NCBI GenBank assembly: GCA_016186955.1
Contig: JACPKP010000004.1
Coordinates: 142,563-206,562, forward strand
Source of the DNA: Candidatus Daviesbacteria bacterium
GTDB taxonomy: Bacteria > Patescibacteriota > Microgenomatia > Daviesbacterales > UBA10151
Direction: 5' to 3'
Length of the DNA stretch: 64,000 nt
Position numbers and translations under genes: made by a program. Each line of letters begins with the position of its first letter. Within the stretch, counting starts at the first letter, position 1. Below the pieces are notes generated by a model. The model was not told the origin of the DNA. It saw only the letters and a list, made by a program, of their open reading frames with translations, and ran no database searches. This document shows positions 37,554-47,135 of this stretch, in pieces.

Positions 37554-40500
37554 TTATTCTTTTAAAAGTTTTATTAACCTATCGCTACTTTGATCCCAAC
37601 TGAATTGTTTTACCCAATCTCTTGAATTAGTTTCCAAATAAATTCTGAATTTTTTATCTTTCAAGATCCTACAAATTGCCTCTATCCATTTTTCCTGATT
37701 GTCCCAAGCCACCAATAAACCTGTATGAGGGTTTTTAACCGAATCACGAAGTCCGGGTACATCGGAAGCAATTACACAGGTACCTGCAGCATTAGCTTCT
37801 ATGATAGTGATACCCCAGCCTTCAATCCTTGAAGGTTGAACCAGAATCCATGATTTAGCTAAAAGTTCGACTTTAGTCTTTTCACTAACAACACCAATAA
37901 ACTTAATAACCTTTTGTAGATTTAAGTTTTGTACTAATTTTTCAAGGGATGACCTGCTTTCTCCCTCTCCTGCAATAGTTAATGTAACTGACGGAACTTG
38001 TTTTTTGACCTCTCCCATGACATTTATAAGTTTGTCCAATGATTTGTAAGGCTTTAGTCTGCCAAGATATAAAAGCGAGGGTGTATAGGTCTTGTTAGTA
38101 TTTAACTGGAACTTTTTCAGATCTACTCCGGGGTTGATAATAGATATCTCTTGTTTTTTACCCAATCCTAAGCTTTTAATTGCCTGTTTTGAAGACTGCG
38201 AAACCGTTATCACCTTTGAATTTCTGTAAGCTAGGGGCATCAGTTTTCCTTCCAAAAATCTTCCAATTTGTGATAGGGGGAATTTAAGCTCAGTCAAAAA
38301 TACTTCCTGATGAATGTGGTGAATCAGCAGAAATATTTTCTCTCTGGCATAAAGCGGAGTAAAAAAAGGAATTCCGTTCTCAGAATCAATTACAACATCA
38401 AAAGAATCTTTAAATCTGAAAATATAATACAAAAAAGCCCAAATATATACTGTATATGTTCCGCCTCTTCTGATAATCTGTATTCCATCTATATATTCAG
38501 CTCTCGGTAAGTTACCGTCGTTTCCGCAAAAGAGCGTTACCTGATTTCCTTGCTCCACCCATTTTTTTGCCATTTCATGCAAATAAACCTCTGCTCCTCC
38601 AGCCCATTTATGTTTTGTATCCCTCCAATTCATGATTAAAATTGATTTGTTAGATTGAAATCTATTTTTTGGTTTTGTTCTAAAAAATAACAGCCCTAAT
38701 AGGTCTTTTAGATTAGATTTAATAGGATTGTATTTTTTATGAAGGACATGCAGAAGAAAAACACAAAGAAAATTGAAAAAACCTATATAAAATACCTGGT
38801 AAGTAAAATCTTTGACACTACTATGAAATTTATTTATCAGAACCAATTCAGCTGCAAATGAAAATACTCCGCTTAAAGTAAAAATATACTTTTCTTTAGC
38901 TTGGTAAAAATGGATTATTGGACGGCTGAGGGTAAAGAATGTTATACCCAGCAAAAAAACAGGTAAATATTCTAAAATGTGTTCAGTTTTTTTACCTAAA
39001 AGTAATGGAACAAAAAGATTACCGAAAATTCCTAATAATAAAAAAGTTGTCAAGGAAACAAGGGCTGTGGAGCCAAAAATCAGCCAAAAGGTTTTGTTAC
39101 TTTTTTTTGTGGCGCCTTCATTTCTGGAAACTATAGGGATCATGAAAGGCAAAAAAAGAGCGCCCATATAATATGCAATTTTCCCAACAAGGCTTAACAA
39201 GCTATATTGACCAGCCTCAAACGGGGACAAAAAATGCTTAGCTAGAATGATATCTAAGCCCAAAAAAGATATGTTTGAAATCCCATTTAAAGCCGAAGTT
39301 GTAAAGAAAAGAAAATTAAATGAGAATTGTTTAGAGGGTAATGCGCTAGATTTAGTTTTTAATACTAAAATCCAACCTAAGATAACTTCAATTAGTAATG
39401 CAGCTGGTATTGCCAGCGCTACATAATCTGCTAAGCCTGCTTTTATCAATAAAAAAGCTAGCGTAAGTTTTACAAAAGATTCAACGATTGTTAATAATCC
39501 AATTGTCCCAAAAGATAATATTCCCTTCAGGTATCCTGCAACACTCAAGTTTAATATTCCAATTGTCCAAATCGGGGTAAAGATTAAAAAAGTTAACAAT
39601 GAGTCTGTGTGAAAATAGGATGATAGAAACGGTATAGATAACAACCATAAAAGAGTCGCTAAAGAAGCAACTAAAATTCCGTAGTGGGCAACTACATTTA
39701 AATATTTCCTGGCATTTTCTTTAGAATACCTGCCAATAATAAACGCCACTTTATGGGATACGGTTGTTGAGAAAGCATTAAGGGGTATGTATGCTATAAA
39801 CAGAAGGCTTGTAAATAAACTCAATTCCCCAAAATCCTCAACACTAAGTTTCCTTCCCAAAAATGCATTGAATATAAAGTTTGAAATGTTTGCCAAAAGG
39901 TTTGCTAAGATCAGCATTGACCCTCCGACAAAAAGATCTTTCTCAGCTATCACTCCAGGCAATTTATTTGTAAGCCATCCTTTCCATGTTGCTTTACTTC
40001 CGGAAACTGACACTTCTTCGGCTACCTCATTTTTCATTACTTCACTGATATATTTTTTAGCTTCTGTTTTTTTAAAATCCAGTCCATGCACTGTTTTTTC
40101 CCAATAGTGAGGCTTAAAAATCAACTGGAAAAGCGCCATAACTGCAGCTATCGAGGTAATCAGCCAGTAAAAGGGGATTAGGTAAACAAATTTAATGATT
40201 GTAAAATGGCCTCTTTTGGCTGCACCTATCATATAGTTATAAAAGTGCAGGAAGTTTCCAAACACTAAGGAGAACGCTGCCATATAAAAAACAGGCGCAG
40301 GGTAGAATGATTCAATAGCCGGACCAACGATTGAATAAAGCGCAAAGTAAGAGATGGTTGTTATCCAAAGTATTGGGTTAATTAAAATAAATGAAATTCT
40401 TGAGCCGATTATTAAATCAAAAATTAATGCGTGCGCTCTGTGTTTTTTTAGGAAATCCCATCTGTCCCTGGTGTGAACTAAGTAGGTTTGCATATAACCC

Positions 40501-41186
40501 TTGATCCACCTTGATCTTTGCCTGATCCAGTTACCCAAATCGCTATTTGCTTCCTCAAGCGTTGTTGAATCAATAATCGCTGTTTTATAGCCCTGCCTGA
40601 AAAGTCTTACTCCCAAATCGCAATCCTCGGTAACGTTAAATGGATCCCATCCCTCAAGCGATCTTAGTATTTCCGTTTTGAAATGATTACTGGTTCCACC
40701 CAATGGTATGGTTGTATCAATGGATTGAAACCCTATAAGTATTACGTCAAACCAAAGCGAATACTCTGCCGTAAAAAGGCGGGTTAAAAGATTTTGATGA
40801 GGATTGTAGTAATTCAGTTTTGCCTGAAGGCATACAACGCTATTTTTGGATTTTTGAAAAGCCAAATAAGCTTTTTTCAGTTGACACGGATCCGGTTGAT
40901 CTTCGGCATCATAGATGACTAAGTATTCTCCTTTGACAAAATTTAAACCAAAATTACAGGCTTTTGGTTTTGTTTTAGGAAGGGAATCAGGAACAATAGT
41001 TGTTGTTATATACTCAGGTAAATTTAAGCTTCTGACTGCATCTATTGTTTCCTGATCATCACTCTCAAGAAGAAGCTGAATATCCAACTTTTCCTTAGGC
41101 CACTCAATTTTAGAAATAGATTCTAAAAATTTTGGTAAAACTCTTGCTTCCCTATACAAAGGCACAAGTATGGAATAAACCGGCAA
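37554..41186 (-). CDS. Tri-domain fusion: processive GT2 (QxxRW) - MOP/Wzx-type polysaccharide flippase - GT4
   Basis: Residues 1-~380: 'IYDAEDQPDP', 'QRSRWIKG' and GT2 TM helices. Residues ~400-820: 12-TM Polysacc_synt-like. Residues ~830-1210: GT4 'IEGWGITIIEANAAGTCVIASDVPGL'. It is a single 1210-aa ORF. Confidence 0.7.
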   Translation of the reverse strand: MPVYSILVPLYREARVLPKFLESISKIEWPKEKLDIQLLLESDDQETIDAVRSLNLPEYITTTIVPDSLPKTKPKACNFGLNFVKGEYLVIYDAEDQPDPCQLKKAYLAFQKSKNSVVCLQAKLNYYNPHQNLLTRLFTAEYSLWFDVILIGFQSIDTTIPLGGTSNHFKTEILRSLEGWDPFNVTEDCDLGVRLFRQGYKTAIIDSTTLEEANSDLGNWIRQRSRWIKGYMQTYLVHTRDRWDFLKKHRAHALIFDLIIGSRISFILINPILWITTISYFALYSIVGPAIESFYPAPVFYMAAFSLVFGNFLHFYNYMIGAAKRGHFTIIKFVYLIPFYWLITSIAAVMALFQLIFKPHYWEKTVHGLDFKKTEAKKYISEVMKNEVAEEVSVSGSKATWKGWLTNKLPGVIAEKDLFVGGSMLILANLLANISNFIFNAFLGRKLSVEDFGELSLFTSLLFIAYIPLNAFSTTVSHKVAFIIGRYSKENARKYLNVVAHYGILVASLATLLWLLSIPFLSSYFHTDSLLTFLIFTPIWTIGILNLSVAGYLKGILSFGTIGLLTIVESFVKLTLAFLLIKAGLADYVALAIPAALLIEVILGWILVLKTKSSALPSKQFSFNFLFFTTSALNGISNISFLGLDIILAKHFLSPFEAGQYSLLSLVGKIAYYMGALFLPFMIPIVSRNEGATKKSNKTFWLIFGSTALVSLTTFLLLGIFGNLFVPLLLGKKTEHILEYLPVFLLGITFFTLSRPIIHFYQAKEKYIFTLSGVFSFAAELVLINKFHSSVKDFTYQVFYIGFFNFLCVFLLHVLHKKYNPIKSNLKDLLGLLFFRTKPKNRFQSNKSILIMNWRDTKHKWAGGAEVYLHEMAKKWVEQGNQVTLFCGNDGNLPRAEYIDGIQIIRRGGTYTVYIWAFLYYIFRFKDSFDVVIDSENGIPFFTPLYAREKIFLLIHHIHQEVFLTELKFPLSQIGRFLEGKLMPLAYRNSKVITVSQSSKQAIKSLGLGKKQEISIINPGVDLKKFQLNTNKTYTPSLLYLGRLKPYKSLDKLINVMGEVKKQVPSVTLTIAGEGESRSSLEKLVQNLNLQKVIKFIGVVSEKTKVELLAKSWILVQPSRIEGWGITIIEANAAGTCVIASDVPGLRDSVKNPHTGLLVAWDNQEKWIEAICRILKDKKFRIYLETNSRDWVKQFSWDQSSDRLIKLLKE

Positions 41187-41232
41187 CTTGGAATCTTCAA
41201 GCGCAAATATTTCATCATCCTTTACTGAGATT

Positions 41233-42243
41233 TCAGGAGGAGCGTAAAAACTTTTGGTAATTAAAAAAAAGACTGAATAAAACGTCTATAAAATAAACAA
41301 CGCTGAGGATTCCAATTAATACTTGCAGCGCCAGCAGCCAGTTTAAAGCAAAGCCTATGAGTAGAATTCCGATTAATAAAACAAAGAAAAGCGCCTGATT
41401 AGCGCTGAAGGTTTTAAATGCGGAAGATTTATGGTTTAAAGTGGTATGTGTTATATATCTTTTGCTCTTGTAAGCCAAACCGGCGCCAACCATAGTTGTG
41501 ACAGCTTGAGGAAGAATTTTATATATCTTTCTTTTGGAAAATTTATGCTTTAAAGAATTCGTACCGATCTCAACTATTGTTTTGAAAACATTAATGTTTG
41601 AGGCCCCGTTTAATCTTTTGTCAAATTTGATACCAATAGTTCCAATTGAATACCCGAGTTCCCTGGCGGTTAAAAGAAGGAGCAGATCCAATGTCCAGGG
41701 AGAAAGAGTATTTTGGTCAACATTTTCAATCACCTCTTTTTTAAAAAGCTTTAGGCCTGATTGAACATCACAATCCAACCCAAACAAGAAATTGCCAAAT
41801 ATATTCTTAAATCCTGCATTTAAGAATTTTCTAAAAGGCTTATCCTGATAATCAATCCTGTTGGCAACAACCACCCCATGCTCTGAAAGTTTTGCAAACA
41901 TTGCAGGTATGACTTCTGGAGGATACTGCAAATCACCGTCGATCATAGCAAGGTTGTCACCTACTGCAAATTGGGCGCCCTCGATGATTGAATATGCTTT
42001 CCCGGCCTTACCTTTTTTTGTAACAAGTTTAACCGGATAAAACCGCTGAAGGTTTAATATAGTTTCAGTTGTTTGATCTTCAGACCGGTCATCTACAAAA
42101 ATAATTGTGTAATCTATACCTTTTGAAGACATGGAGGAATCAATCCTTTTTACCAAAGGCGTTATATTTTCTTCCTCGTTTTTGACAGGAATGATAATAT
42201 TTAAGTAATTCATAACTGTATTAAAAAGGCATGATCCTAGCAA
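41233..42243 (-). CDS. GT2 polyprenol-phosphate sugar synthase (DPM1/GtrB-like) with C-terminal TM helices
   Basis: 'IIIPVKNEEENI', 'FVDDRSEDQT' and 'IDGDLQYPPE' are present. Two C-terminal hydrophobic helices follow. Confidence 0.7.
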   Translation of the reverse strand: MLGSCLFNTVMNYLNIIIPVKNEEENITPLVKRIDSSMSSKGIDYTIIFVDDRSEDQTTETILNLQRFYPVKLVTKKGKAGKAYSIIEGAQFAVGDNLAMIDGDLQYPPEVIPAMFAKLSEHGVVVANRIDYQDKPFRKFLNAGFKNIFGNFLFGLDCDVQSGLKLFKKEVIENVDQNTLSPWTLDLLLLLTARELGYSIGTIGIKFDKRLNGASNINVFKTIVEIGTNSLKHKFSKRKIYKILPQAVTTMVGAGLAYKSKRYITHTTLNHKSSAFKTFSANQALFFVLLIGILLIGFALNWLLALQVLIGILSVVYFIDVLFSLFFNYQKFLRSS

Positions 42244-42481
42244 AAGCTAGTTTTTGGGCAGAGGCCTTATTTACAAAGGCCTATAATAACACAAGGGGAT
42301 TGAAAAGTCCAGCCTATAGATATCTTATCTTCGCAGAACCAAACAACCGGTGTTTAAAAAATGCTTTTAATTGTTACCCCATTTTAAACCATCCGTCAAG
42401 CAACCTGTTAATAGCTGTAATTTTTATACATAGCTTTTTGAGAAAAAAAGTGTATTATTATCCAAATTGGAGGTGATTTAT

Positions 42482-42934
42482 ATGGCAGAAAAAGAACCAA
42501 AATTTGCACAAGGGGATAAAGCCCAGGTGAAGAAGGTTGAGGTAACAGATGACGGCTCAAATGATGGGATTAAAAAAATTATAGTCACAAGAAGGGACCC
42601 TGCAGCAAGATGGACCGCAACAGGTTGTGCGGTTTTAACAGCTGTTTTTGTCATTACCGATGTTTTGATAAATTACAGCTTAAGACAACAGAGTCCTATC
42701 GGTGAACCTGAGCTGGCAATTTACCGGGAGGACTTAAAAAAAGAGGCGGAGGCAATGAAAAGCCTGAAGTTGCAACTTGAAGATGATATGATTAAAACCA
42801 GGCTGGCAGGTTATGCAGTTTTACAAGTAGTTTCAGAGGGGAAAATGAGCTATCAGGAATATTCAGATCAGATAGACACCTTATACAAAAAATCCAAAGA
42901 CCTGGCTTCTGCAACAAAGCCTTTAAAAAAATAG
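42482..42934 (+). CDS. Hypothetical single-TM protein
   Basis: RBS GGAGGTGA 7 nt upstream of the ATG at 42482. One TM helix (AVLTAVFVITDVLI). Confidence 0.35.
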   Translation: MAEKEPKFAQGDKAQVKKVEVTDDGSNDGIKKIIVTRRDPAARWTATGCAVLTAVFVITDVLINYSLRQQSPIGEPELAIYREDLKKEAEAMKSLKLQLEDDMIKTRLAGYAVLQVVSEGKMSYQEYSDQIDTLYKKSKDLASATKPLKK

Positions 42935-42956
42935 CTGCGGGTAGTATAATTTTGGG

Positions 42957-43673
42957 ATGGATTTTGAGGTTCAGGGAAAAACTATTCTTTTTGTATGCGC
43001 ACATCCCGATGATCTGGAGTTTTGTTTCGGGGGAACTGTTGCAAAATGGGCGGGCGAGGGTGCATCAATTTATTATCTTATATTAACTGACGGAAGCAAA
43101 GGCTGCGAAGATCCACAACTGGATCCAACTGAACTAATAAAAACCAGACAGAGAGAACAGGATGAGGCAGCCAAAATTCTAGGTGTTAAAAAGGTGATAT
43201 TTTTAGACCATGTCGACGGCGAACTTGAAAATAACCCAAAACTTAGAAAACAGATAGTCAGGGTCATCCGCAAGATAAAACCGGATATAGTTGTAACAAT
43301 GGATCCTACATTTGTCTATGACGAGAAATATGGCATCATCAACCATCCTGACCACCGGGTCGCCGGCCAGACCACCTTGGACTCTGTCTACCCTTTTGCC
43401 AGAAACCACCGTGCTTTTCCGGAGCTTTTGGATGAAGGGTTAACACCCCACCATGTCAGTGATATCCTTCTTTTCAACAGCCTAAGGATGAATTTTTTTG
43501 TAGATATAGAAGATACTCTTGCAAAAAAGCTTAAAGCGCTAAACTGTCATAAAAGCCAGTTTAAAGATCCACAAGCGGTTGAAAAGCTGGTAATACTTGT
43601 TGCCCAAAACGCGGGTAAGAAAGCAAAGCTCAAATATGCAGAAGGCTTAACCTGGGTCCATATTAATTTTTAG
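42957..43673 (+). CDS. PIG-L/LmbE-family N-acetylglucosaminyl deacetylase (BshB/MshB-like)
   Basis: 'LFVCAHPDDLEFCFGG' and 'HPDHR' zinc-binding signatures are present. Confidence 0.75.
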   Translation: MDFEVQGKTILFVCAHPDDLEFCFGGTVAKWAGEGASIYYLILTDGSKGCEDPQLDPTELIKTRQREQDEAAKILGVKKVIFLDHVDGELENNPKLRKQIVRVIRKIKPDIVVTMDPTFVYDEKYGIINHPDHRVAGQTTLDSVYPFARNHRAFPELLDEGLTPHHVSDILLFNSLRMNFFVDIEDTLAKKLKALNCHKSQFKDPQAVEKLVILVAQNAGKKAKLKYAEGLTWVHINF

Positions 43674-46600
43674 GGCTTAAATATTCATCCCAGCTTTTAA
43701 TTTGCAGATCTTCAAGTTTTTTTTCAGTTACCGCATAGGAAAATTCAATCGCTGCCTGTAGGTTTGTCATCAGGGGTATGGCAAAATCCACACAATTTCT
43801 CCTGATGATAAAACCATCCCTCTTGGCCCGATCTTCTCCTATTAAACTGATATTGATGGCAAGATCTACCTGAGCTTTTTTTATCAGGTCTAAAACAGTA
43901 GGGTGTTTCCCTTCTGATAATTTAAAAACAGTGGTATTTTTAATACCTGAGAGTTTTAGGAATTTCGAAGTCCCCTCAGTGGCAAAAATTTCTAAATTAA
44001 GAGTAGTCAATTTCCGGGCGCTTTCCAAAAAATCCAGTTTGTTTTTATCTCCGCCGATAGAGAGGAAAATAGATTTTTCCGGCATTTTCCAGCCTGTTGA
44101 AAAAAGGGCTTTCAGATATGCTTCATGAAGGTCCCGGCCAAAACAAGCCACCTCACCTGTGGATGACATCTCCACCTTAAGTTTGGGGTCAGCTTCTTTA
44201 ATCCTGTTAAATGAAAATTGTGGCGCTTTCACTCCCACATAATCTAAATCAACTGTCTGAAAATCACCTGTAATATTTTCTCCAACTATTACTTTTGCGG
44301 CAATTTCAATAAAATTTATCCCTGTCACCTTTGATACAAAAGGGAATGAGCGGGATGCACGAAGGTTAAGTTCAATGACCATCACCTTATTGTCTTTTGC
44401 TAAAAACTGGATATTAAATGGCCCGTGGATATTTAAAACCTTGAGGATTTTTTTAGTCTCCAGTTTTATCTGACGCATTGTTTCAAGATACAGCCTTTGC
44501 GGAGGCAAGACTAAAGTTGCATCCCCGGAGTGTACTCCTGCATTCTCGATATGTTCGCTGATCGCATAAATTAAAAGTTTGCCGCTCTTTGCAACCCCGT
44601 CTATCTCTATTTCCTTGGCATTGTCAATAAATTTACTGATCACCACCGGGTGTTTTGAAGAAACCTTAGCAGCTTTGTTTAAATATATAGCAACCTCTCT
44701 GGAGGAATTTGCTATATTCATGGCAGACCCACTTAAAACATAAGATGGCCTGATCAGGACAGGATAACCTACTTTCCCGGCAAACCGTTTGACACTTCCG
44801 GTATTTTTTATTTGCTCCCATTGGGGCTGGGATATGGAAAGCCTGTCTAAAAGCGCACTGAATTTATGGCGGTCTTCTGCAAAATCAATACTTTTGGTTG
44901 GCGTCCCCAATATAGCCATCTTTTCAGCGGCAAATAAAGCAGCAAGATTATTGGGTATCTGCCCACCAAAAGCTAAAACCAACTTGGCATTTTTCTCAAC
45001 CTTGTAGATATCAACTATTCTTTCCAATGTAAGTTCTTCAAAATAAAGTTTGTCTGCAATATCAAAATCCGTAGAGACAGTTTCAGGGTTACAGTTTATA
45101 ACTATTGTTTCCAACCCCTGCTGCCTGAAAGTTGCAACAGCCGTTACCAGGCACCAGTCAAATTCGACAGATGAACCTATCCTGTAAGGGCCGGCGCCTA
45201 AAACAATTACTTTTTTGCAGTTATGAGTTTGCCTGAATCCTGAATCCTGGATCCTTAATCTTGAATCATTTTCTGATTCCTCTCCATGGTATGTCATATA
45301 AAGGTAGTTTGTTTTGGCAGGGTACTCTGCAGCCAGCGTATCTATATGCTTGGTTTTAGGGTAAATATTCCATCTTTCCCTAAACTTCCTGACTTTGTTT
45401 AAACTCATCCTGCAGGAGGCTGCGATTAAATTATCGGAAAAGCCTAATTTCTTTGCCTGCAAAAAATTTTCGTTGTTAAACTTATAGGCAGGGCCAAAAT
45501 TCTTTTGATAATCTACAATCTCTTTGACCTGGTTTAAAAACCATTGGTCAATGCCTGTTTCTTTACTTATACTTTCGACAGATGAATTCCTTAAAAATTG
45601 TTGCGCTATTGCAAAAAGCCTTAAACTCCCGGGTGAGAGGGAATCTTCTCCTGGCATACCAAGCAGCCCGTCCTGTCCTGTCTCAAGCATCCTGACTGCT
45701 TTCTGCAGGCTTTCTGGAAAACTTCTGCCTATTGCCATTACCTCACCCACACTTTTCATTTCAGAACCGATCCGTAAATTCGCCCCTTCAAATTTTTGCA
45801 GGTCCCACCTGGGAATTTTAACCACTATATAATCAAGGGCAGGCTCAAAAAAAGCTGAAGTTCCGGTAACAATATTTTTAAGCTCCCTCAGGCTATAACC
45901 TAAACTTAGCTTGCATGCTATGTATGCCAGCGGGTATCCGGTTGCTTTTGAAGCAAGTGCAGATGACCTGGACAACCTGGCGTTTACCTCAATCACCCGG
46001 TAATCATCAGACTTTGGGTCAAGCGCAAACTGGATGTTGCATTCGCCAACTATCCCAAGATGTTCAATCACTTTAAGTGAAATTTGCCTGAGCAGATGGT
46101 ATTGATAGTTGTTTAGGGTTTGGGAGGGAGCCACTACAATACTCTCGCCCGTATGAATTCCCACCGGATCCATATTCTCCATATTGCAAACAGCTATTTT
46201 ATTCCCACCTTTATCCCTGACGATTTCATATTCAATCTCTTTCCAATGCCTTAAGTATTCTTCAATAGCAACCTGTGGGGCGTTTTTTAAAGCCATGGAT
46301 ACAACCAAATTAAGGTCTTCTTTGTTATTTACAACAGAAGATCCAAGTCCCCCAAGGGAAAAGCCCGACCTTACCATAACCGGATAACCTATCTTATTTG
46401 CAATCATCAATGCCCCCTTTACATCCCTGGCAAAACCGCCTCTGGGCGCTTTTATGCCGATTCCACCCAAATACTTTGCAAAAAGCTGGCGGTCTTCGGT
46501 GATTTCAATACTTTTTACAGGCGTCCCTAAAACAGTAATCTTATTTTTTTTGAACACACCACTGCCCGACAGGTTTAAACCACAATTTAAGGCAGTTTGT

Positions 46601-46866
46601 CCGCCAAACGAGAGCAGGGCGCAATCCGGTTTTTCCTTTTCAATAATTTTTTGGACAAAATAGGGGGTGACAGGTAAAAAATAGATCTTGCCGGCAAGCT
46701 CCTGTGATGTTTGGATGGTGGCGATATTAGGGTTTACCAAAACTACATTTATGCCTTCTTCTTTAAGGGCTTTCAAAGCCTGTGAGCCGGAATAGTCAAA
46801 TTCACCGGCTTCACCGATCTTAAGAGCGCCAGAACCAAGTAATAAGACTTTTTTTGGTTTTATCAT
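43663..46866 (-). CDS. carB: Carbamoyl-phosphate synthase large subunit
   Basis: 'KKVLLLGSGALKIGEAGEFDYSG', duplicated ATP-grasp halves and a C-terminal MGS-like domain are present. The start is moved to Met30 ('MIKPKK') because the ORF-track N-terminus reads through a palindromic repeat. Confidence 0.9.
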   Translation of the reverse strand: MIKPKKVLLLGSGALKIGEAGEFDYSGSQALKALKEEGINVVLVNPNIATIQTSQELAGKIYFLPVTPYFVQKIIEKEKPDCALLSFGGQTALNCGLNLSGSGVFKKNKITVLGTPVKSIEITEDRQLFAKYLGGIGIKAPRGGFARDVKGALMIANKIGYPVMVRSGFSLGGLGSSVVNNKEDLNLVVSMALKNAPQVAIEEYLRHWKEIEYEIVRDKGGNKIAVCNMENMDPVGIHTGESIVVAPSQTLNNYQYHLLRQISLKVIEHLGIVGECNIQFALDPKSDDYRVIEVNARLSRSSALASKATGYPLAYIACKLSLGYSLRELKNIVTGTSAFFEPALDYIVVKIPRWDLQKFEGANLRIGSEMKSVGEVMAIGRSFPESLQKAVRMLETGQDGLLGMPGEDSLSPGSLRLFAIAQQFLRNSSVESISKETGIDQWFLNQVKEIVDYQKNFGPAYKFNNENFLQAKKLGFSDNLIAASCRMSLNKVRKFRERWNIYPKTKHIDTLAAEYPAKTNYLYMTYHGEESENDSRLRIQDSGFRQTHNCKKVIVLGAGPYRIGSSVEFDWCLVTAVATFRQQGLETIVINCNPETVSTDFDIADKLYFEELTLERIVDIYKVEKNAKLVLAFGGQIPNNLAALFAAEKMAILGTPTKSIDFAEDRHKFSALLDRLSISQPQWEQIKNTGSVKRFAGKVGYPVLIRPSYVLSGSAMNIANSSREVAIYLNKAAKVSSKHPVVISKFIDNAKEIEIDGVAKSGKLLIYAISEHIENAGVHSGDATLVLPPQRLYLETMRQIKLETKKILKVLNIHGPFNIQFLAKDNKVMVIELNLRASRSFPFVSKVTGINFIEIAAKVIVGENITGDFQTVDLDYVGVKAPQFSFNRIKEADPKLKVEMSSTGEVACFGRDLHEAYLKALFSTGWKMPEKSIFLSIGGDKNKLDFLESARKLTTLNLEIFATEGTSKFLKLSGIKNTTVFKLSEGKHPTVLDLIKKAQVDLAINISLIGEDRAKRDGFIIRRNCVDFAIPLMTNLQAAIEFSYAVTEKKLEDLQIKSWDEYLSPKN

Positions 46867-46867
46867 C

Positions 46868-46910
46868 GTCATTGCGAGGACTCCGATATCCATCGGAGGA
46901 CGTGGCAATC
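46868..46910. repeat. RPE-like palindromic repeat variant immediately 5' of carB (gtcattgcgagga...ggcaatc) + T-run
   Basis: It shares the GTCATT... ...AATC termini with the family. The internal hairpin is ctccgat-atcc-atcggag. Confidence 0.5.
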
Positions 46911-47135
46911 TTTTTATTAGCAAGGCTCGAAGGCTTTGTTTATGAAGCTCCACGGCTAAAGCCGTGGTATCTTCTCATTACAGCTTCACAGCAAAAAGCT
47001 GTTCAGCTGACCGCCTTCGGCGGAGAAAAGCATTCATCCACGGTTAAAACCGTGGTTTTCTGCTTTTTGCTGATAAGATTTCTCGCTCCGCTTTAAATGA
47101 CAAATTGAATTTTGAAATTGTATTCAGTTTGTCAA

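Noticed and set aside
43931-46663. Several 60-100-aa ORFs antisense within carB, and similar antisense ORFs inside glmS, the kinase gene and the large GT gene
   Set aside because: They lie inside long, well-supported genes on the opposite strand and are typical antisense artefacts.
46854-47096. 80-aa ORF in the carA-carB spacer
   Set aside because: It is a translation of palindromic hairpin repeats with no coding signal.
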